A stretch of 64,000 bases of DNA from an uncultured virus (IMG/VR IMGVR_UViG_3300042868_008532) (IMGVR_UViG_3300042868_008532:1-64000), one strand, 5' to 3'. Shown: positions 19,778-31,209, counted from the first letter of the stretch. The notes: generated by a model not told the origin, from the letters alone. Numbers and translations: made by a program.

Positions 19778-20584
19778 ATGGAAAATTACTTTGACGTATC
19801 AGTTATATTACCGATTAAATCGGCAACCGTACCATTTTTTGAGGATTACTTTAAAAAATGTATCGAATCATTAAATAATCAAAAATTAAGAATTAATGAA
19901 TTAGTCATTGTTCATACAAATGAAACACCATTAGTAGAACTTATTAAAGATTATGATTTTGGTGATTTAAATGTTGTTAAATTAGAATGGGATAAAGACC
20001 CTAATTATGCCGCACAAGTTAATCATGGTGTTAGAAATTCTAAATCTGAATGGATTTCATTATTTGAATTTGACGATGAGTACTCAAATATATGGTTTAA
20101 AAATGTTAACGTTTATGCAAACGCATATCCTAATATCGACGCATTTTTACCAATAGTTGTTGATACAGACCAAAAAGGTAAATTTGCTGGATTTACTAAT
20201 GAAGCTACTTTCGCGGCAAACTTTACACCTGAAATGGGTATTTTAACACATGATACTTTATTAGATTATCAAAATTTCCAATCATCAGGAATGGTAATTA
20301 AAAAATCAAAATTTGTTGATTATGGATTATTTAAACCATCGTTTAAATTAACGTTTGGATATGAATTATTCTTACGATTAACACATAATTCCATTAACAT
20401 AATGTCTATACCGAGAATTGGTTATAAACATACAAATTTAAGAGATGGTTCAATCTTTTGGAATTACAAAAATGGTAGAGATATTTTAACTCCGGAAGAA
20501 GTTAAATTTTGGATTGAATCCGCAAAAAAAGAATATTTTTTCATTAATGACAGAGCAATAAAATTTGAATCTCAAGAATCTTAA
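19778..20584 (+). CDS. GT2-like glycosyltransferase
   Basis: VSVILPI, N.GV...SEWISLFEFDD. Confidence 0.65.
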   Translation: MENYFDVSVILPIKSATVPFFEDYFKKCIESLNNQKLRINELVIVHTNETPLVELIKDYDFGDLNVVKLEWDKDPNYAAQVNHGVRNSKSEWISLFEFDDEYSNIWFKNVNVYANAYPNIDAFLPIVVDTDQKGKFAGFTNEATFAANFTPEMGILTHDTLLDYQNFQSSGMVIKKSKFVDYGLFKPSFKLTFGYELFLRLTHNSINIMSIPRIGYKHTNLRDGSIFWNYKNGRDILTPEEVKFWIESAKKEYFFINDRAIKFESQES

Positions 20585-21333
20585 TGAATGAAAATATTAA
20601 TTTAACAGGAGATACAAATGTTGAGTTAAAAAAGAAAGGTAGAAAACCAACACAAGCAAATTATTTTGATGTTAGAGAAGAATTAGCTGTAGTCAGATTT
20701 TTAGAATCATCCTCGTATGAAGAAAAAAATAAGATTTACAACGAATTTTTAAAAAAACCTTTAGACAAGATGATATCTTCAATTATTAGAAGATACAAAT
20801 TATATAGAAAAGACATGGATTTCACTGATATACATGTAGACACTCACTCGTTTTTAATGACTAAAATAGATAAGTTTAAACCTTCTCGTGAAAAGAAGGC
20901 TTATTCTTATTTTGGTACAATATGTAAAAACTATTTAATGGGTCAAATCATTAAAGACCAAAAAGAAACCAATAGAAAAATATCGTATGAAGATATTTCA
21001 TCAAATTTAGAAAATAATGAAAACTTCGCGTATTATATTGAGAATGATAGTTTAGATTCTGAAAAAGTTATTAAACACTTTTTAATTGAATTAGAGAGAT
21101 TTATCAAGGAAGAAAATTTATCGGAAAATGAGATTAAACTAGGTCACGCTCTTTATGATATTTTTGAAAATTACGATTCAATATTTATTGGAAATGATAA
21201 TAACAAATTTAATAAAAATATTATTTTATTGTCTTTAAGAGAGATGACTAATCTTTCAACAAAAGAAATTAGAGGGTCAATGAGAAAATACAAAAATATG
21301 TATTACACATTGATTCAAAATATGGTTAATTAA
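20584..21333 (+). CDS. Phage sigma factor, T4 gp55-like (late transcription)
   Basis: KIDKFKPS..KAYSYFGTICKNYL matches sigma region 2 of gp55-like proteins; N-terminal NYF motif. Confidence 0.65.
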   Translation: MNENINLTGDTNVELKKKGRKPTQANYFDVREELAVVRFLESSSYEEKNKIYNEFLKKPLDKMISSIIRRYKLYRKDMDFTDIHVDTHSFLMTKIDKFKPSREKKAYSYFGTICKNYLMGQIIKDQKETNRKISYEDISSNLENNENFAYYIENDSLDSEKVIKHFLIELERFIKEENLSENEIKLGHALYDIFENYDSIFIGNDNNKFNKNIILLSLREMTNLSTKEIRGSMRKYKNMYYTLIQNMVN

Positions 21334-21360
21334 AAAACAATAAATTAAATATTTATCATT

Positions 21361-21738
21361 ATGGCAAGACCGACAAAAAAAGAAATTAATCTAAGTAAAG
21401 AATCAATGTTATCATTGATGCAAGAAATCTATAATGAACTTGTAGAACAAAGAAGCACTGCGATTAGAATTCAAAATAAAATGTTAACAATGATGAAAAA
21501 CCCTGAGGACATGACTTTAATCGGTCCCGTTATTGAAAAACAACAAAAAATAATTAACGATTGTGTTGAAAAAAAATTAACCCTTTCAAAACTACAAGCA
21601 GGAATGTGGGAAAAATCAAATACAGGTACGAGTGAAAGTTTTTCAATTTCAGATTTAGGTGTTGATGATGAGATGTTAAAAACTTTAATTGAAAAAGACG
21701 CATCCAAAACTGAAGGTTCCTATAAAATGAAAAAATAA
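21361..21738 (+). CDS. Hypothetical phage protein
   Basis: 125-aa ORF after TATTTAT motif. Confidence 0.7.
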   Translation: MARPTKKEINLSKESMLSLMQEIYNELVEQRSTAIRIQNKMLTMMKNPEDMTLIGPVIEKQQKIINDCVEKKLTLSKLQAGMWEKSNTGTSESFSISDLGVDDEMLKTLIEKDASKTEGSYKMKK

Positions 21739-21744
21739 TTTGTT

Positions 21745-23658
21745 ATGGCGTCATTAGATTTAGGATTTGATTATAAAAAAATACAAGACAAAATTACCGC
21801 AACTAGAAATTATAACGAGTTAAAATCTCAATATGATGATACTAGAAAACAAGCCGGAGATGCGTTTGAACAAAAAAAATCTGCAGTTACCGGTCAACTT
21901 GGAAAAATTAAAGAACAAACTAAACGTTATCAAAAAGAAATTAAAAATCAATTTGAACAACTTTTAGATATTAATAATACAACCGGTGGTAAAGGAAGTA
22001 ATTCAACTAAATACATTAAAAAATTATTAATTACCGCAATTAAGAATGTTGAACCAAGACTTTCTGAAATTGTTATGGAAGAATCACTAAACGCTGTTGG
22101 TTGTGACCAACAACAAGCTTATAATGGGGGTGCAACATATTATATAAAAGTGAAATCTATCGACCTTTTAAATATACTAACTTTAGACCCTAAAACTGAA
22201 GGTAAACCTCTATACGAAAAATCTCCAATATTAGTTCAGGATTATCCTTTTTCAATGAATAAGGAATTATATCAATTAATACAAACGGGTCAACCATACT
22301 CAACAGATAATGGACAAAATTACATTGGTCAATCTGGACAAGATTTATTTAATATTCAATATGTTGATACAAATCTTCAAGGTGAAACAGGCCCTTGGTT
22401 TAAAGTTGATTTATCAAATAGAGTTAATGGTGTTAATAAAGTTGGGACTTTTTTAGTGGACTACTATAAAACAATTAAAGTTTCGGAACCAACTAACATT
22501 ATGGCTTCAATAATGGAATCATTAAGTGGTGTTGTTTCTATGAGTGCAAGTGCTGGTGTTGGACAAGTCGAAGACCAAAGTAAATTCGACCTTTTAGTTC
22601 AAAGAATTCTTGGGTTATGTTTTGACAATAGAAGTGAAATTGATGTTAGTGGTATTGCTAAAGTACCTGAACTTGATGGTGTTGATGAAACTTTTTTTGA
22701 ATTTACTGAGATTGATTTAAGAAAAATAGAACAAAGAATAACTAACATTAAAAATAAAGTGATTGAGTTAGAAGATTGTGATGGAATATTATTACCCGTA
22801 GATTATCCGGCGGTAATTAACCAAATAAATAATTTAAATTTAATCGAGAATAATAGTGATTTTATTAATGCTGCCGATAATTTAACTCAAGTCTTAGCAG
22901 ATAATCCTCAATGGGGTGCCGGTATTCAAACCAACGCACAAGCGGCTTTAAATTTAAATTTTATAAAATTAATCGCTCAAGGTATTGCAAGTGCTTTTTT
23001 AACACCTAAAATATTGTTACCAATATATGTAATGTTAAAAGCCATCGGTCAAGAAACTACGGACTCAATAAAAGGATTAGTTGATTTTACTAAACAATTC
23101 AAAAAATTCGCAATAAATTTTATTTCCAAAATAGGGGCAATATTTGTTCAAGAATTATTTGAATTAATAAAAAAAGATATTTTAGCATTGATTCAAAGAG
23201 TTATTACAGATATTGTTAAAGAAAAAATTGATAAAAGAATATCAATGATTTTAAAACTCATTCAATTATTATTAATTGTTGCGTCTTTTATTAGTGATTG
23301 GCGAAAATGTAAAAGTGTTGTAGATGAATTATTAGCTTTATTAGATTTGATAACTAGTAGTCTCGGTTTTGGTAGTCAAATACCTTTACCATTATTATTC
23401 GCTTCACAACTATTAGATGGTTACTCAGAATCAAGAGCCTTTGTTGGAGCTATTGAAGAACTACAAAAAATTGGTATCCCAACAGGTCCTTTACCGGATG
23501 GTAGCCCTAATTTAGATATTTTAGGTAAATTTGGTCAAATGAAAGCAATGGCAAAAGAAGATTCGGATAATAATAAATTACAAATTGCTATTGGACCATT
23601 AACAATGACACCCGCAGGTTTAACAGTACCAGCAAGTGCTTTCGGTAAAAAAATATAA
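21745..23658 (+). CDS. Hypothetical, probable structural protein
   Basis: 637-aa ORF upstream of the gp5-like gene; amphipathic/hydrophobic C-terminal helices. Confidence 0.6.
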   Translation: MASLDLGFDYKKIQDKITATRNYNELKSQYDDTRKQAGDAFEQKKSAVTGQLGKIKEQTKRYQKEIKNQFEQLLDINNTTGGKGSNSTKYIKKLLITAIKNVEPRLSEIVMEESLNAVGCDQQQAYNGGATYYIKVKSIDLLNILTLDPKTEGKPLYEKSPILVQDYPFSMNKELYQLIQTGQPYSTDNGQNYIGQSGQDLFNIQYVDTNLQGETGPWFKVDLSNRVNGVNKVGTFLVDYYKTIKVSEPTNIMASIMESLSGVVSMSASAGVGQVEDQSKFDLLVQRILGLCFDNRSEIDVSGIAKVPELDGVDETFFEFTEIDLRKIEQRITNIKNKVIELEDCDGILLPVDYPAVINQINNLNLIENNSDFINAADNLTQVLADNPQWGAGIQTNAQAALNLNFIKLIAQGIASAFLTPKILLPIYVMLKAIGQETTDSIKGLVDFTKQFKKFAINFISKIGAIFVQELFELIKKDILALIQRVITDIVKEKIDKRISMILKLIQLLLIVASFISDWRKCKSVVDELLALLDLITSSLGFGSQIPLPLLFASQLLDGYSESRAFVGAIEELQKIGIPTGPLPDGSPNLDILGKFGQMKAMAKEDSDNNKLQIAIGPLTMTPAGLTVPASAFGKKI

Positions 23659-23660
23659 TA

Positions 23661-23882
23661 ATGAATATCCAAGAAAAATCTGAAAAAGCTAAAAATATTA
23701 TTAAAGAATATAAAAATTCATCAAATAAAGATTTATCATTTGTTATGGATTTTATTCAGGAAGATTTTGTTTTAACTAAAGAATCGTTAATTAAATTAAC
23801 GCACCATTTAGATAAATTAGAATTAACTTATAATACAATATTAAAAGAATATAACTCAAGAACAAAGAAAAATGGTAACTAA
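23661..23882 (+). CDS. Small coiled-coil hypothetical protein
   Basis: 73-aa ORF in operon. Confidence 0.6.
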   Translation: MNIQEKSEKAKNIIKEYKNSSNKDLSFVMDFIQEDFVLTKESLIKLTHHLDKLELTYNTILKEYNSRTKKNGN

Positions 23883-25443
23883 TCAAATAATTTTTCCAGG
23901 AATAGTACTTAACAATGAAGACCCTATGATGTTAGGAAGACTTCGTGTTATACCTGAAACAAAAAATTATCAAGATATTATAGCAGCAATTCCAAATTGG
24001 AATGAGGAAACGGACCCCTGGACTTCAAAAGACCCTTTAATTTGTTTATCGTTATTACCGTTTTATGTAAGTCAAGTACCTCTTAAAGATGAGTATGTTC
24101 ATATAATATACTCAAATAAAGATTTCCCATTCACAAATCAATTTTATATTCAAGGACCATTTTCATCACCAATGATTAGTCCTTTTGAAAATTTTCAAGG
24201 AGCAAAAAAATTCTTAGCATCAGGTGACAGAATTGCTCAGGGAATTTCAATTAAAAATCAAGTAGGTGCCTATAGAAATCAAGAGAGTAAAGGAGTGTTT
24301 CCTGAACCCGGTGATAATGCGTTATTAGGAAGAGGAACTGCCGATGTGATTGTTAAGGAAAATGAAGTATTAATTAGAGCGGGTAAAACTAAAAGATTGG
24401 TGAAAGACCAATTACCATTAGGAAATGTTAATAGAGCCTTCATTCAATTATCTAATTTTTCCCAACAAAAGACAACTAAAGACCCTGAGGGGATTACTCG
24501 ATTAATTGAACAAGTTAAAGTTGTGAAAAAAATGATTATTTGGAATATTGATAATTTAGAGAACTTATCAATACCGGGAGCATTTAACGGTTCTGTAGGG
24601 TTATATAATGTAGTTCCAAGTGTAGCAGTAAACTCAAAAAACTTTAAATCTGATACAATAACAACTTTATCTGTTGGGACAAATTATGGCTCTCCATTAG
24701 AAGAAATTAAATTTACTGCGAAATCATTTGATGATGCGTCCGCTATTATAAATAATTTCATACAGGGAGTGTTTAGCGGATTTATAAACATATCAGGTTA
24801 TACTGTAAACAATCCTCAAAATTTTGCACCTAACGTAACATTCCCATTAGTTATCACACCATCAAAATTAACTTATACCACCGGAAATAAATTTTCACCA
24901 AATGACCTTATAACTGAAGTCGCGGAATATGTTAATTATGTAAGATTTTATGATAAAATAACATTAAACCCTGCTAGTAAAAAATTTAAAGGATGGTTTT
25001 TAGTTTGGGAAAACAAATCGGGTAAACCAATTCTTGGTCCTCAAGCCGATTTAAAAGAAGAAGTAGTGATACCTACCGAATTTATTCCGGCAGATATTAG
25101 TTATAGTATTATGGGTTCTCAAAGAATGTATTTCTTATCTCAAGATTCTGCAGGTCCAAAAGGAAAAATTAGTTTAAGTCAAACTTTATATGGGATTCCT
25201 CAGGATAAATTTATTGGAGATGAGAATAGTATTCTTAATAAAACATACCCTGTTGTGAGGGGTGATGAATTAATGGGATTACTTAGAAAAATTTTCTCAT
25301 TTGTTACAGGACACGTTCATCCGGTTGCAACAATGGCTCCTGTTCCGGTTGCCGCGGGTAATGGGCAAACAACCTCAGAAATCAACGCAATCCTCGCAGA
25401 TGCAGAAAATACAATATTAAATCAAAATATTAGAATTAATTGA
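23872..25443 (+). CDS. Baseplate central spike / hub, gp5-like
   Basis: N-terminal [17 protein letters not shown] (gp5 OB-fold start); C-terminal HVHP spike-tip motif. Confidence 0.75.
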   Translation: MVTNQIIFPGIVLNNEDPMMLGRLRVIPETKNYQDIIAAIPNWNEETDPWTSKDPLICLSLLPFYVSQVPLKDEYVHIIYSNKDFPFTNQFYIQGPFSSPMISPFENFQGAKKFLASGDRIAQGISIKNQVGAYRNQESKGVFPEPGDNALLGRGTADVIVKENEVLIRAGKTKRLVKDQLPLGNVNRAFIQLSNFSQQKTTKDPEGITRLIEQVKVVKKMIIWNIDNLENLSIPGAFNGSVGLYNVVPSVAVNSKNFKSDTITTLSVGTNYGSPLEEIKFTAKSFDDASAIINNFIQGVFSGFINISGYTVNNPQNFAPNVTFPLVITPSKLTYTTGNKFSPNDLITEVAEYVNYVRFYDKITLNPASKKFKGWFLVWENKSGKPILGPQADLKEEVVIPTEFIPADISYSIMGSQRMYFLSQDSAGPKGKISLSQTLYGIPQDKFIGDENSILNKTYPVVRGDELMGLLRKIFSFVTGHVHPVATMAPVPVAAGNGQTTSEINAILADAENTILNQNIRIN

Positions 25444-25465
25444 TATTTATATATAAAACATTTAT

Positions 25466-26944
25466 ATGTCAATTATTAATTCATATTTCAGTAAGAACAA
25501 TACACTTATTTCAAATAGTTTTACCAACACAGGTAGAAATCCTGTTATGGAACTATTCTATGGTAATGTGGCAACAACTCAATACCCAAACAATTATAGC
25601 CGTTTCATTTTTGATATAGACTTAACATTATTAAAAGAGAAAATTTTTGATGGTACTATAACCACTGGATGTACAGATACTATTACACATACATTAAGAA
25701 TGACAAACACTTCAACATTTGATGTGGAATTGTTAAATACTCTAACATCTCAAATGAGGATGAGAGCAACGTCATTTGATTTAATTTTATTTAGAATCCC
25801 TTATTTAAATAATGACCCATCAACACCCCAACTTTGGGATGAAGGTGTTGGTTATGATTTTGCGGATTTAGTTTACAAATATAGTGAATCAGATAGAAGC
25901 TTTTCTGATAGACCATCAAATTGGTTTCAAACAACAACCATTGGTGTTTGGCAACAACCCGGAATTTATAATAACAAAAATTTAGGACCGGTTCCTTTTA
26001 GCGGAATCACTATAGTTGACACTCAACATTTTGAATTTGGTAATGAAAACATTGCTTTTGATATGACAAATGAAATTAATGGTATGTTAAATGGGACAAT
26101 ACCAAATGTGTCAGGATGGGGAATAGCGTATAAACCTCAAGTTGAAAATCTTACAGGTCTTACAAATAACTATGAAGTGCAATTTTTCACTCAACACACT
26201 CAAACATTCTATGAACCATATCTTGAAACAAATTATAATGACTTAATTGAAGATGATAGAAATCAATTTACGTTAGGTAGAGTTAATAAATTGTATTTAT
26301 ACTTATTTGATAATGGTAACCCAATCAATTTAGATTACCCACCTAAAGTGGATATATTAGATATGATGGGGGATGTTATTCCGGGACTATCAGGGTTAAC
26401 AACATGTCAAAGAACTCGAGGAGTTTATGAAGTTGTTATACCACCTCTTATGGGATATAAAACACCGTGTATGTTTTCTGATAGATGGTACAATATTAGT
26501 TACAATAACTTCCCATTACCTCAAGTGTTAAATGATTTCACATTACAACCATTAAAAAATGCTATTCAAATGGGTGTGGTGTCTGCAAATCCTTTATTAT
26601 ATGGATTTGATTTTTACGGTTTAAAACAAAATGAAGAAATTGTGAATACCGATACACGTAAAGTTGGTGTCATAATTAAACAAGCATATACCACCCAAAA
26701 TTTATTATTAAATGTTGATGCTTCATATAGAATATATGTTAAAGAAGGGACGACAGAAGTACAAGTTCAAGGATGGACAAAAATTAATAGAACCCCTAAC
26801 GAATACTATTTTATATTTGACACTAGAGACAAAATACCTAACGAATATTTTATTGACATACAAGTAATTAGTAGTGGTGAAATAAACACATATAAACGAC
26901 AAATTAAATTTCAAGTAGTAAATACAAAGTATTTGAAATTGTAA
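25466..26944 (+). CDS. Hypothetical virion protein
   Basis: 492-aa beta-rich ORF after the spike gene, with TATTTATA motif. Confidence 0.55.
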   Translation: MSIINSYFSKNNTLISNSFTNTGRNPVMELFYGNVATTQYPNNYSRFIFDIDLTLLKEKIFDGTITTGCTDTITHTLRMTNTSTFDVELLNTLTSQMRMRATSFDLILFRIPYLNNDPSTPQLWDEGVGYDFADLVYKYSESDRSFSDRPSNWFQTTTIGVWQQPGIYNNKNLGPVPFSGITIVDTQHFEFGNENIAFDMTNEINGMLNGTIPNVSGWGIAYKPQVENLTGLTNNYEVQFFTQHTQTFYEPYLETNYNDLIEDDRNQFTLGRVNKLYLYLFDNGNPINLDYPPKVDILDMMGDVIPGLSGLTTCQRTRGVYEVVIPPLMGYKTPCMFSDRWYNISYNNFPLPQVLNDFTLQPLKNAIQMGVVSANPLLYGFDFYGLKQNEEIVNTDTRKVGVIIKQAYTTQNLLLNVDASYRIYVKEGTTEVQVQGWTKINRTPNEYYFIFDTRDKIPNEYFIDIQVISSGEINTYKRQIKFQVVNTKYLKL

Positions 26945-26964
26945 TATATTTATAAATAAAAAAT

Positions 26965-27345
26965 ATGGAAGAATTAAATATTATAGTAACGGCAACAACT
27001 TGTGGTGAAGAATCAATACAAGTTATTATTTTACCAATAAATGGAACTGACTTTAGTAAAGTTTATCAGTTACCAACAGGATATTGTGTAACATTAACTT
27101 CGGGTGAAACAACAACACAATTCGCTAATTCAATGTTAAGTTATGGACCATTTGATACTTGTGACGAATGTATTGTACCATTTAGTGCAAACACAGGTGG
27201 TAATAATGGTTTAATTTGTGAAGATGACTGTAATGGTGGTAATTTATTAATTAACCCACCACGTCCTGTTTATACAAATGGACAAAATAAAGCAATTGTA
27301 CAATTAAATGCGGTCACAATTGGCGGAAATGGATTAAACTCATAA
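26965..27345 (+). CDS. Cys-containing hypothetical protein
   Basis: 126-aa ORF. Confidence 0.6.
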   Translation: MEELNIIVTATTCGEESIQVIILPINGTDFSKVYQLPTGYCVTLTSGETTTQFANSMLSYGPFDTCDECIVPFSANTGGNNGLICEDDCNGGNLLINPPRPVYTNGQNKAIVQLNAVTIGGNGLNS

Positions 27346-27349
27346 TCAT

Positions 27350-27847
27350 ATGAAAAAAGTAATTAAACTATCTGAATCAAAACTTACTGAATTAGTTAAA
27401 CGAATCATGTCTGAACAAGATAATGAAAGATATATGTTTTTCAGTAATTTAGAACAAATTCATAGACAAACAGGTTTGTTATTGGAATTAAATAAAAATA
27501 CCGTTGAAGGTGTTTTAGATGGGGGTCATGATTGGGCTCAAGACCATTTATCAACCGCAAAAGAAAATATTGACCAAGTTTTTGATTTCATGATGAATGA
27601 AACTAAAAATGAAGACAATATGAATGTTTTAGAACAGGACTACTCGACTGACGTTGAAAGACCCACAAGTGATAGAGAACGTCAAGCAAAATCTTTATTT
27701 GGTGACAAATATGGTGCATATATACCTAATGATGTTATTAGGTACATAAGAAAAAATCCTGCACAATTCTTTAAACGACTCTACCAAATGTATGGGGACA
27801 AAGCTTATGAATATTTAGATAAATCAAAAAATAAAGGGGAAAATTAA
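27350..27847 (+). CDS. Hypothetical protein with KVIKLSE..L..LVKRIMSEQ leader
   Basis: Leader shared with the 46354..47373 product. Confidence 0.65.
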   Translation: MKKVIKLSESKLTELVKRIMSEQDNERYMFFSNLEQIHRQTGLLLELNKNTVEGVLDGGHDWAQDHLSTAKENIDQVFDFMMNETKNEDNMNVLEQDYSTDVERPTSDRERQAKSLFGDKYGAYIPNDVIRYIRKNPAQFFKRLYQMYGDKAYEYLDKSKNKGEN

Positions 27848-27897
27848 ATTTCTCCTTTTTTTTTATAAAAATATTTTTTATTCTCAAAAAATATAAT

Positions 27898-27905
27898 TAC
27901 ATTTG
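27898..27905 (+). promoter_or_regulatory. Bacteroidota -7 promoter element TACATTTG
   Basis: TAnnTTTG 24 nt upstream of the 27930 ORF. Confidence 0.6.
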
Positions 27906-27929
27906 TACTATAAATAAATCAAGTACATA

Positions 27930-28373
27930 ATGAAAAAAATATTTAAATTTTTTAAAAGATTGGTGATAAGACGTATTGTTAAATCAAGAAGTCAATTTGA
28001 TTATCAAGACTCGGGACTATTAGGCGATGTACATATCTGCAAATCAATATGTCGTAAGTTAATAACTAGTGAGGGGTCTAAATTTTTAATTGCCCCCCTT
28101 TCATCACAAAGATATATTAAACATTCCGAATTAGGAATATTTATTATTCTTGATGATAAAAAAATTAGTGTAATCAATCACGAGTACTACTACAGTAATA
28201 TTTTAATGTCTAACAGAGATTGGGAAAAATTAACTAAAATGTACGATACTAAAGTAGAACGTATTAGACAAGAACTTAAAAATGAAATGAAGTCTCAAAT
28301 CAAATATTCTTTAAAAAGTATTTTAGATAGAGTGGATAGTTCCAAAAAAATAAAAACCCCTACTGTAGAGTAA
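27930..28373 (+). CDS. Hypothetical phage protein
   Basis: 147-aa ORF with its own promoter and a terminator-like hairpin at its end. Confidence 0.65.
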   Translation: MKKIFKFFKRLVIRRIVKSRSQFDYQDSGLLGDVHICKSICRKLITSEGSKFLIAPLSSQRYIKHSELGIFIILDDKKISVINHEYYYSNILMSNRDWEKLTKMYDTKVERIRQELKNEMKSQIKYSLKSILDRVDSSKKIKTPTVE

Positions 28374-28385
28374 GGGTTTCTTTAT

Positions 28386-29393
28386 TTAAAACATATCTTC
28401 TAATTTATCTAAATGTTTTCTAACAATATCCAAATCACTTATATCAGTATAGGTCATTCCTTGTTTTTTTAACATTTTAACATGGTTATGTAATTGTGTC
28501 ATCATTTGTCTAATCATTCCGGACATTGTTGGGTAATTTTCAATCATCTTATCTAAAAAATAAACTTGTTCAGGTAAGTTTAGAACATTACCAATTTTTT
28601 TAACCCATTCTTTTCCATATTTATCAGCATCCATTTCCATATCCCAATAAATTTTGTAAAACTCCTCAAAGTCTTCAATATCTCCCATGTAAGAATCTTT
28701 CAAATTAAATTCCGACATTTGTTGTTCATGTTTCAATTCGTGAAATAAAACATATACAAATGATGCAAAATTTGAGAATGACTCAGGTGAACATATAATA
28801 ATCGCCTTACTTGTTCGAACTCCTTGAAATCCTGTGTTACAGGCATTCAATACTTTTATTGTATACCCCCTATCTTGAACATAATCTTTTATTTTACTAA
28901 CGATTAAATCAAACGCTTTATATTTGTCTTCAGGAATGTCTTTTCTAAATTTATCAATAACCCTTTCATAATTTGAGGTAGTTTTTAGACCGTTTGGGAT
29001 GATATCTTCTAAAATCGTATCTTTGGTTATCTCAAACCATTCCGTTACAATAGGGACTATCTTTTTCTTCCCACCGGGTGTTTGATTTAACACACCGCCT
29101 TCTTCATCATTGTCTTCAGGATGTTTTTTCACATATTTAGAAATTTTTCTAGACTCTTTTTCTATTTTTGCAATTTTATTCTTTGGTGTACTCATTTTAC
29201 CATCATAACTATCAAACGCTAATTCTGCACTATCATACTTTGATGTTGGAACAATAAAGGGTTGTAATTGCTCTTTATTGAAAAGCCTAACACCAGGACT
29301 CATCGGAACTCTAAATGAACCCGAACCACCAGTACCTGTAGCTTCTTTAATTTGTTTTTTGTTATTTTTATCCATATACTTATAAATATACAA
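28386..29393 (-). CDS. Putative zincin-like metallopeptidase domain protein (start probably ~29375)
   Basis: HELKH (HExxH) followed by E.DAD. Confidence 0.55.
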   Translation of the reverse strand: MYIYKYMDKNNKKQIKEATGTGGSGSFRVPMSPGVRLFNKEQLQPFIVPTSKYDSAELAFDSYDGKMSTPKNKIAKIEKESRKISKYVKKHPEDNDEEGGVLNQTPGGKKKIVPIVTEWFEITKDTILEDIIPNGLKTTSNYERVIDKFRKDIPEDKYKAFDLIVSKIKDYVQDRGYTIKVLNACNTGFQGVRTSKAIIICSPESFSNFASFVYVLFHELKHEQQMSEFNLKDSYMGDIEDFEEFYKIYWDMEMDADKYGKEWVKKIGNVLNLPEQVYFLDKMIENYPTMSGMIRQMMTQLHNHVKMLKKQGMTYTDISDLDIVRKHLDKLEDMF

Positions 29394-29403
29394 AATTTTA
29401 ATT

Positions 29404-29637
29404 ATGGAACAACAACAACAAGAACTATTCGGAAAATTATTTAATACTATCCCATTATATAATGAAGACCATTTAGACGTACTACTATCAACAATGGATA
29501 AAGAACAATCAATCTATATTCTAACTCAAGCCGTTAGTTTTGCATTTCACTCAGGCGTGTTTTCATTGGGGGAATCAGAAATTATTTCAAAATCAATAAG
29601 AACATTAAATAAAATTGAAAAAAATGTTGTGGGATAA
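29404..29637 (+). CDS. Hypothetical phage protein
   Basis: 77-aa ORF. Confidence 0.6.
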   Translation: MEQQQQELFGKLFNTIPLYNEDHLDVLLSTMDKEQSIYILTQAVSFAFHSGVFSLGESEIISKSIRTLNKIEKNVVG

Positions 29638-29677
29638 ATAATTTATATTTACATTTGTAAAATAAAATACAAACACT

Positions 29678-29950
29678 ATGAAAAAAATATTCTTATCACT
29701 TTTACTTATTGTAAGTCTATCCTCATTCTCTCAAGATAACCCAAAACCAAAAAACATTGATAAAGGTATCAATGTTTTGTTAGATTCGTTATCCAATGTT
29801 TATCGTGTTAAAGTAGGTGCGGTCATTGTTAATGATTACCCAAACTTAAGAACAACAACAATCGTTTATGTTAAAAATGGTGAATTAGTTAAAAAAATTA
29901 TTAAAACTGAAAAAAATCCACCAAAACGAGATATATTAAGTAAAAATTAA
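29678..29950 (+). CDS. Secreted protein with Sec signal peptide
   Basis: MKKIFLSLLLIVSLSSFS|Q Bacteroidota-style signal; TACATTTG promoter at 29650. Confidence 0.65.
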   Translation: MKKIFLSLLLIVSLSSFSQDNPKPKNIDKGINVLLDSLSNVYRVKVGAVIVNDYPNLRTTTIVYVKNGELVKKIIKTEKNPPKRDILSKN

Positions 29951-31128
29951 ATTGTTTTATTACACAGTGCGGTAACACTATATCCGGTTTTAATTGTATC
30001 AGTACCAATTGGTGAATAAACTCTAACAATTGATTCTCCTGATGAACTATTGAAATTTATTTTAATAGGTGCCTCTCCTATTGTATAAATAACAAATTCT
30101 TTAACACCTTTATTACAAAGTTTTTGAAGGTCTTTTAAAGCATATTCTACTTCAATTCCACCTCTTTTAAATGTTTTTGATTTGGATGGGTCAACTAAAA
30201 GTTGTTCCAATAACTCTTGATAATTATTTGCTGTTATTTTTACAAGTTTATCACCACTAACTGACACATTATTTCTTGAATTTATAAGAGTTAATTGATA
30301 AACATATAATGGGACCCATTTAAAATCAACATATTTATGTGGTCTAGTCGTCACATAACCAGTGTCTTGAATCACCTCTTCCCCCTTATTAAGAACAACT
30401 AATCTATCGGGAATGGTTCCGGTATCAAAAGTTACAACACCATTACCATATAATTTTTCATTAGTTAATACATAATTAAGACTTGCATCTCCTTGACCCG
30501 CCTCAATTTTTACACCAACCCAATTACAAATATCTTTGGAATCTTTATCTTTAACTTCCCCCGTTCCTTTAATATCGAAATTAACAAACTGTTCTTGTTT
30601 GTATAATTTAATTTTTTCAGGGTTTTTATTATCACCTTTAGTCTTATCATACGGAGTTTTACCTAATGTAACTTGATTAACATCTGTTGGAACTTGGATA
30701 GTTAAAACACCATTCTTGATTAAATCAGGAAATATCTCCTGAAAATATTTTTTAACCGAATTTGCTCTTGCCAATGCCAAACTTCCCTTTGTCTCATATC
30801 CTTTAGGATTCGTCACATTTGATTCTCCAGATGTTATATTAACTATAAATGTCTTACCACCATTGTCTTTAATAAATTTTTCAATCTGAGGTTTTAATGC
30901 GATAATATCGTTTTTAACGGTTGGGGAATCAATCTGACCAAACCCAAATTTATCTCCAATACTTTGTATTGGGAATTCTGTGTTAATCAACGATTGTTTT
31001 GTAGAAACTTGTTCCAGGTTTAAATATTGTCGTTTTGTCGCGCCTTCGTGAAGATTCATTATTCTATTTCTTTCCTCACTAGATATCTCAAATAAATTAT
31101 TCATATTTTTCTTTTTATATAAATACAT
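29947..31128 (-). CDS. Protein with OmpA-like peptidoglycan-binding domain (start probably ~31104)
   Basis: F.FG...; GES.VTN; SLALARANSVKKY. Confidence 0.5.
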   Translation of the reverse strand: MYLYKKKNMNNLFEISSEERNRIMNLHEGATKRQYLNLEQVSTKQSLINTEFPIQSIGDKFGFGQIDSPTVKNDIIALKPQIEKFIKDNGGKTFIVNITSGESNVTNPKGYETKGSLALARANSVKKYFQEIFPDLIKNGVLTIQVPTDVNQVTLGKTPYDKTKGDNKNPEKIKLYKQEQFVNFDIKGTGEVKDKDSKDICNWVGVKIEAGQGDASLNYVLTNEKLYGNGVVTFDTGTIPDRLVVLNKGEEVIQDTGYVTTRPHKYVDFKWVPLYVYQLTLINSRNNVSVSGDKLVKITANNYQELLEQLLVDPSKSKTFKRGGIEVEYALKDLQKLCNKGVKEFVIYTIGEAPIKINFNSSSGESIVRVYSPIGTDTIKTGYSVTALCNKTI

Positions 31129-31159
31129 TATTATTTATTTAAACTTAATATTTGTGCAT

Positions 31160-31188
31160 AAAAAAAAGGGACATATAGTCCCTTTTTA
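31160..31188. terminator. Terminator downstream of the major capsid gene
   Basis: AAAAAAAGGGAC ATATA GTCCCTTTTT inverted repeat flanked by A/T tracts. Confidence 0.8.
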
Positions 31189-31209
31189 TTAAATATTTTA
31201 AGATTTTGA

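Noticed and set aside
5388..20584. Bacterial LPS/capsule locus (host contamination or prophage flank)
   Set aside because: No flippase, polymerase or export genes; interleaved with phage exonuclease, dUTPase, PhoH and sigma genes of similar composition
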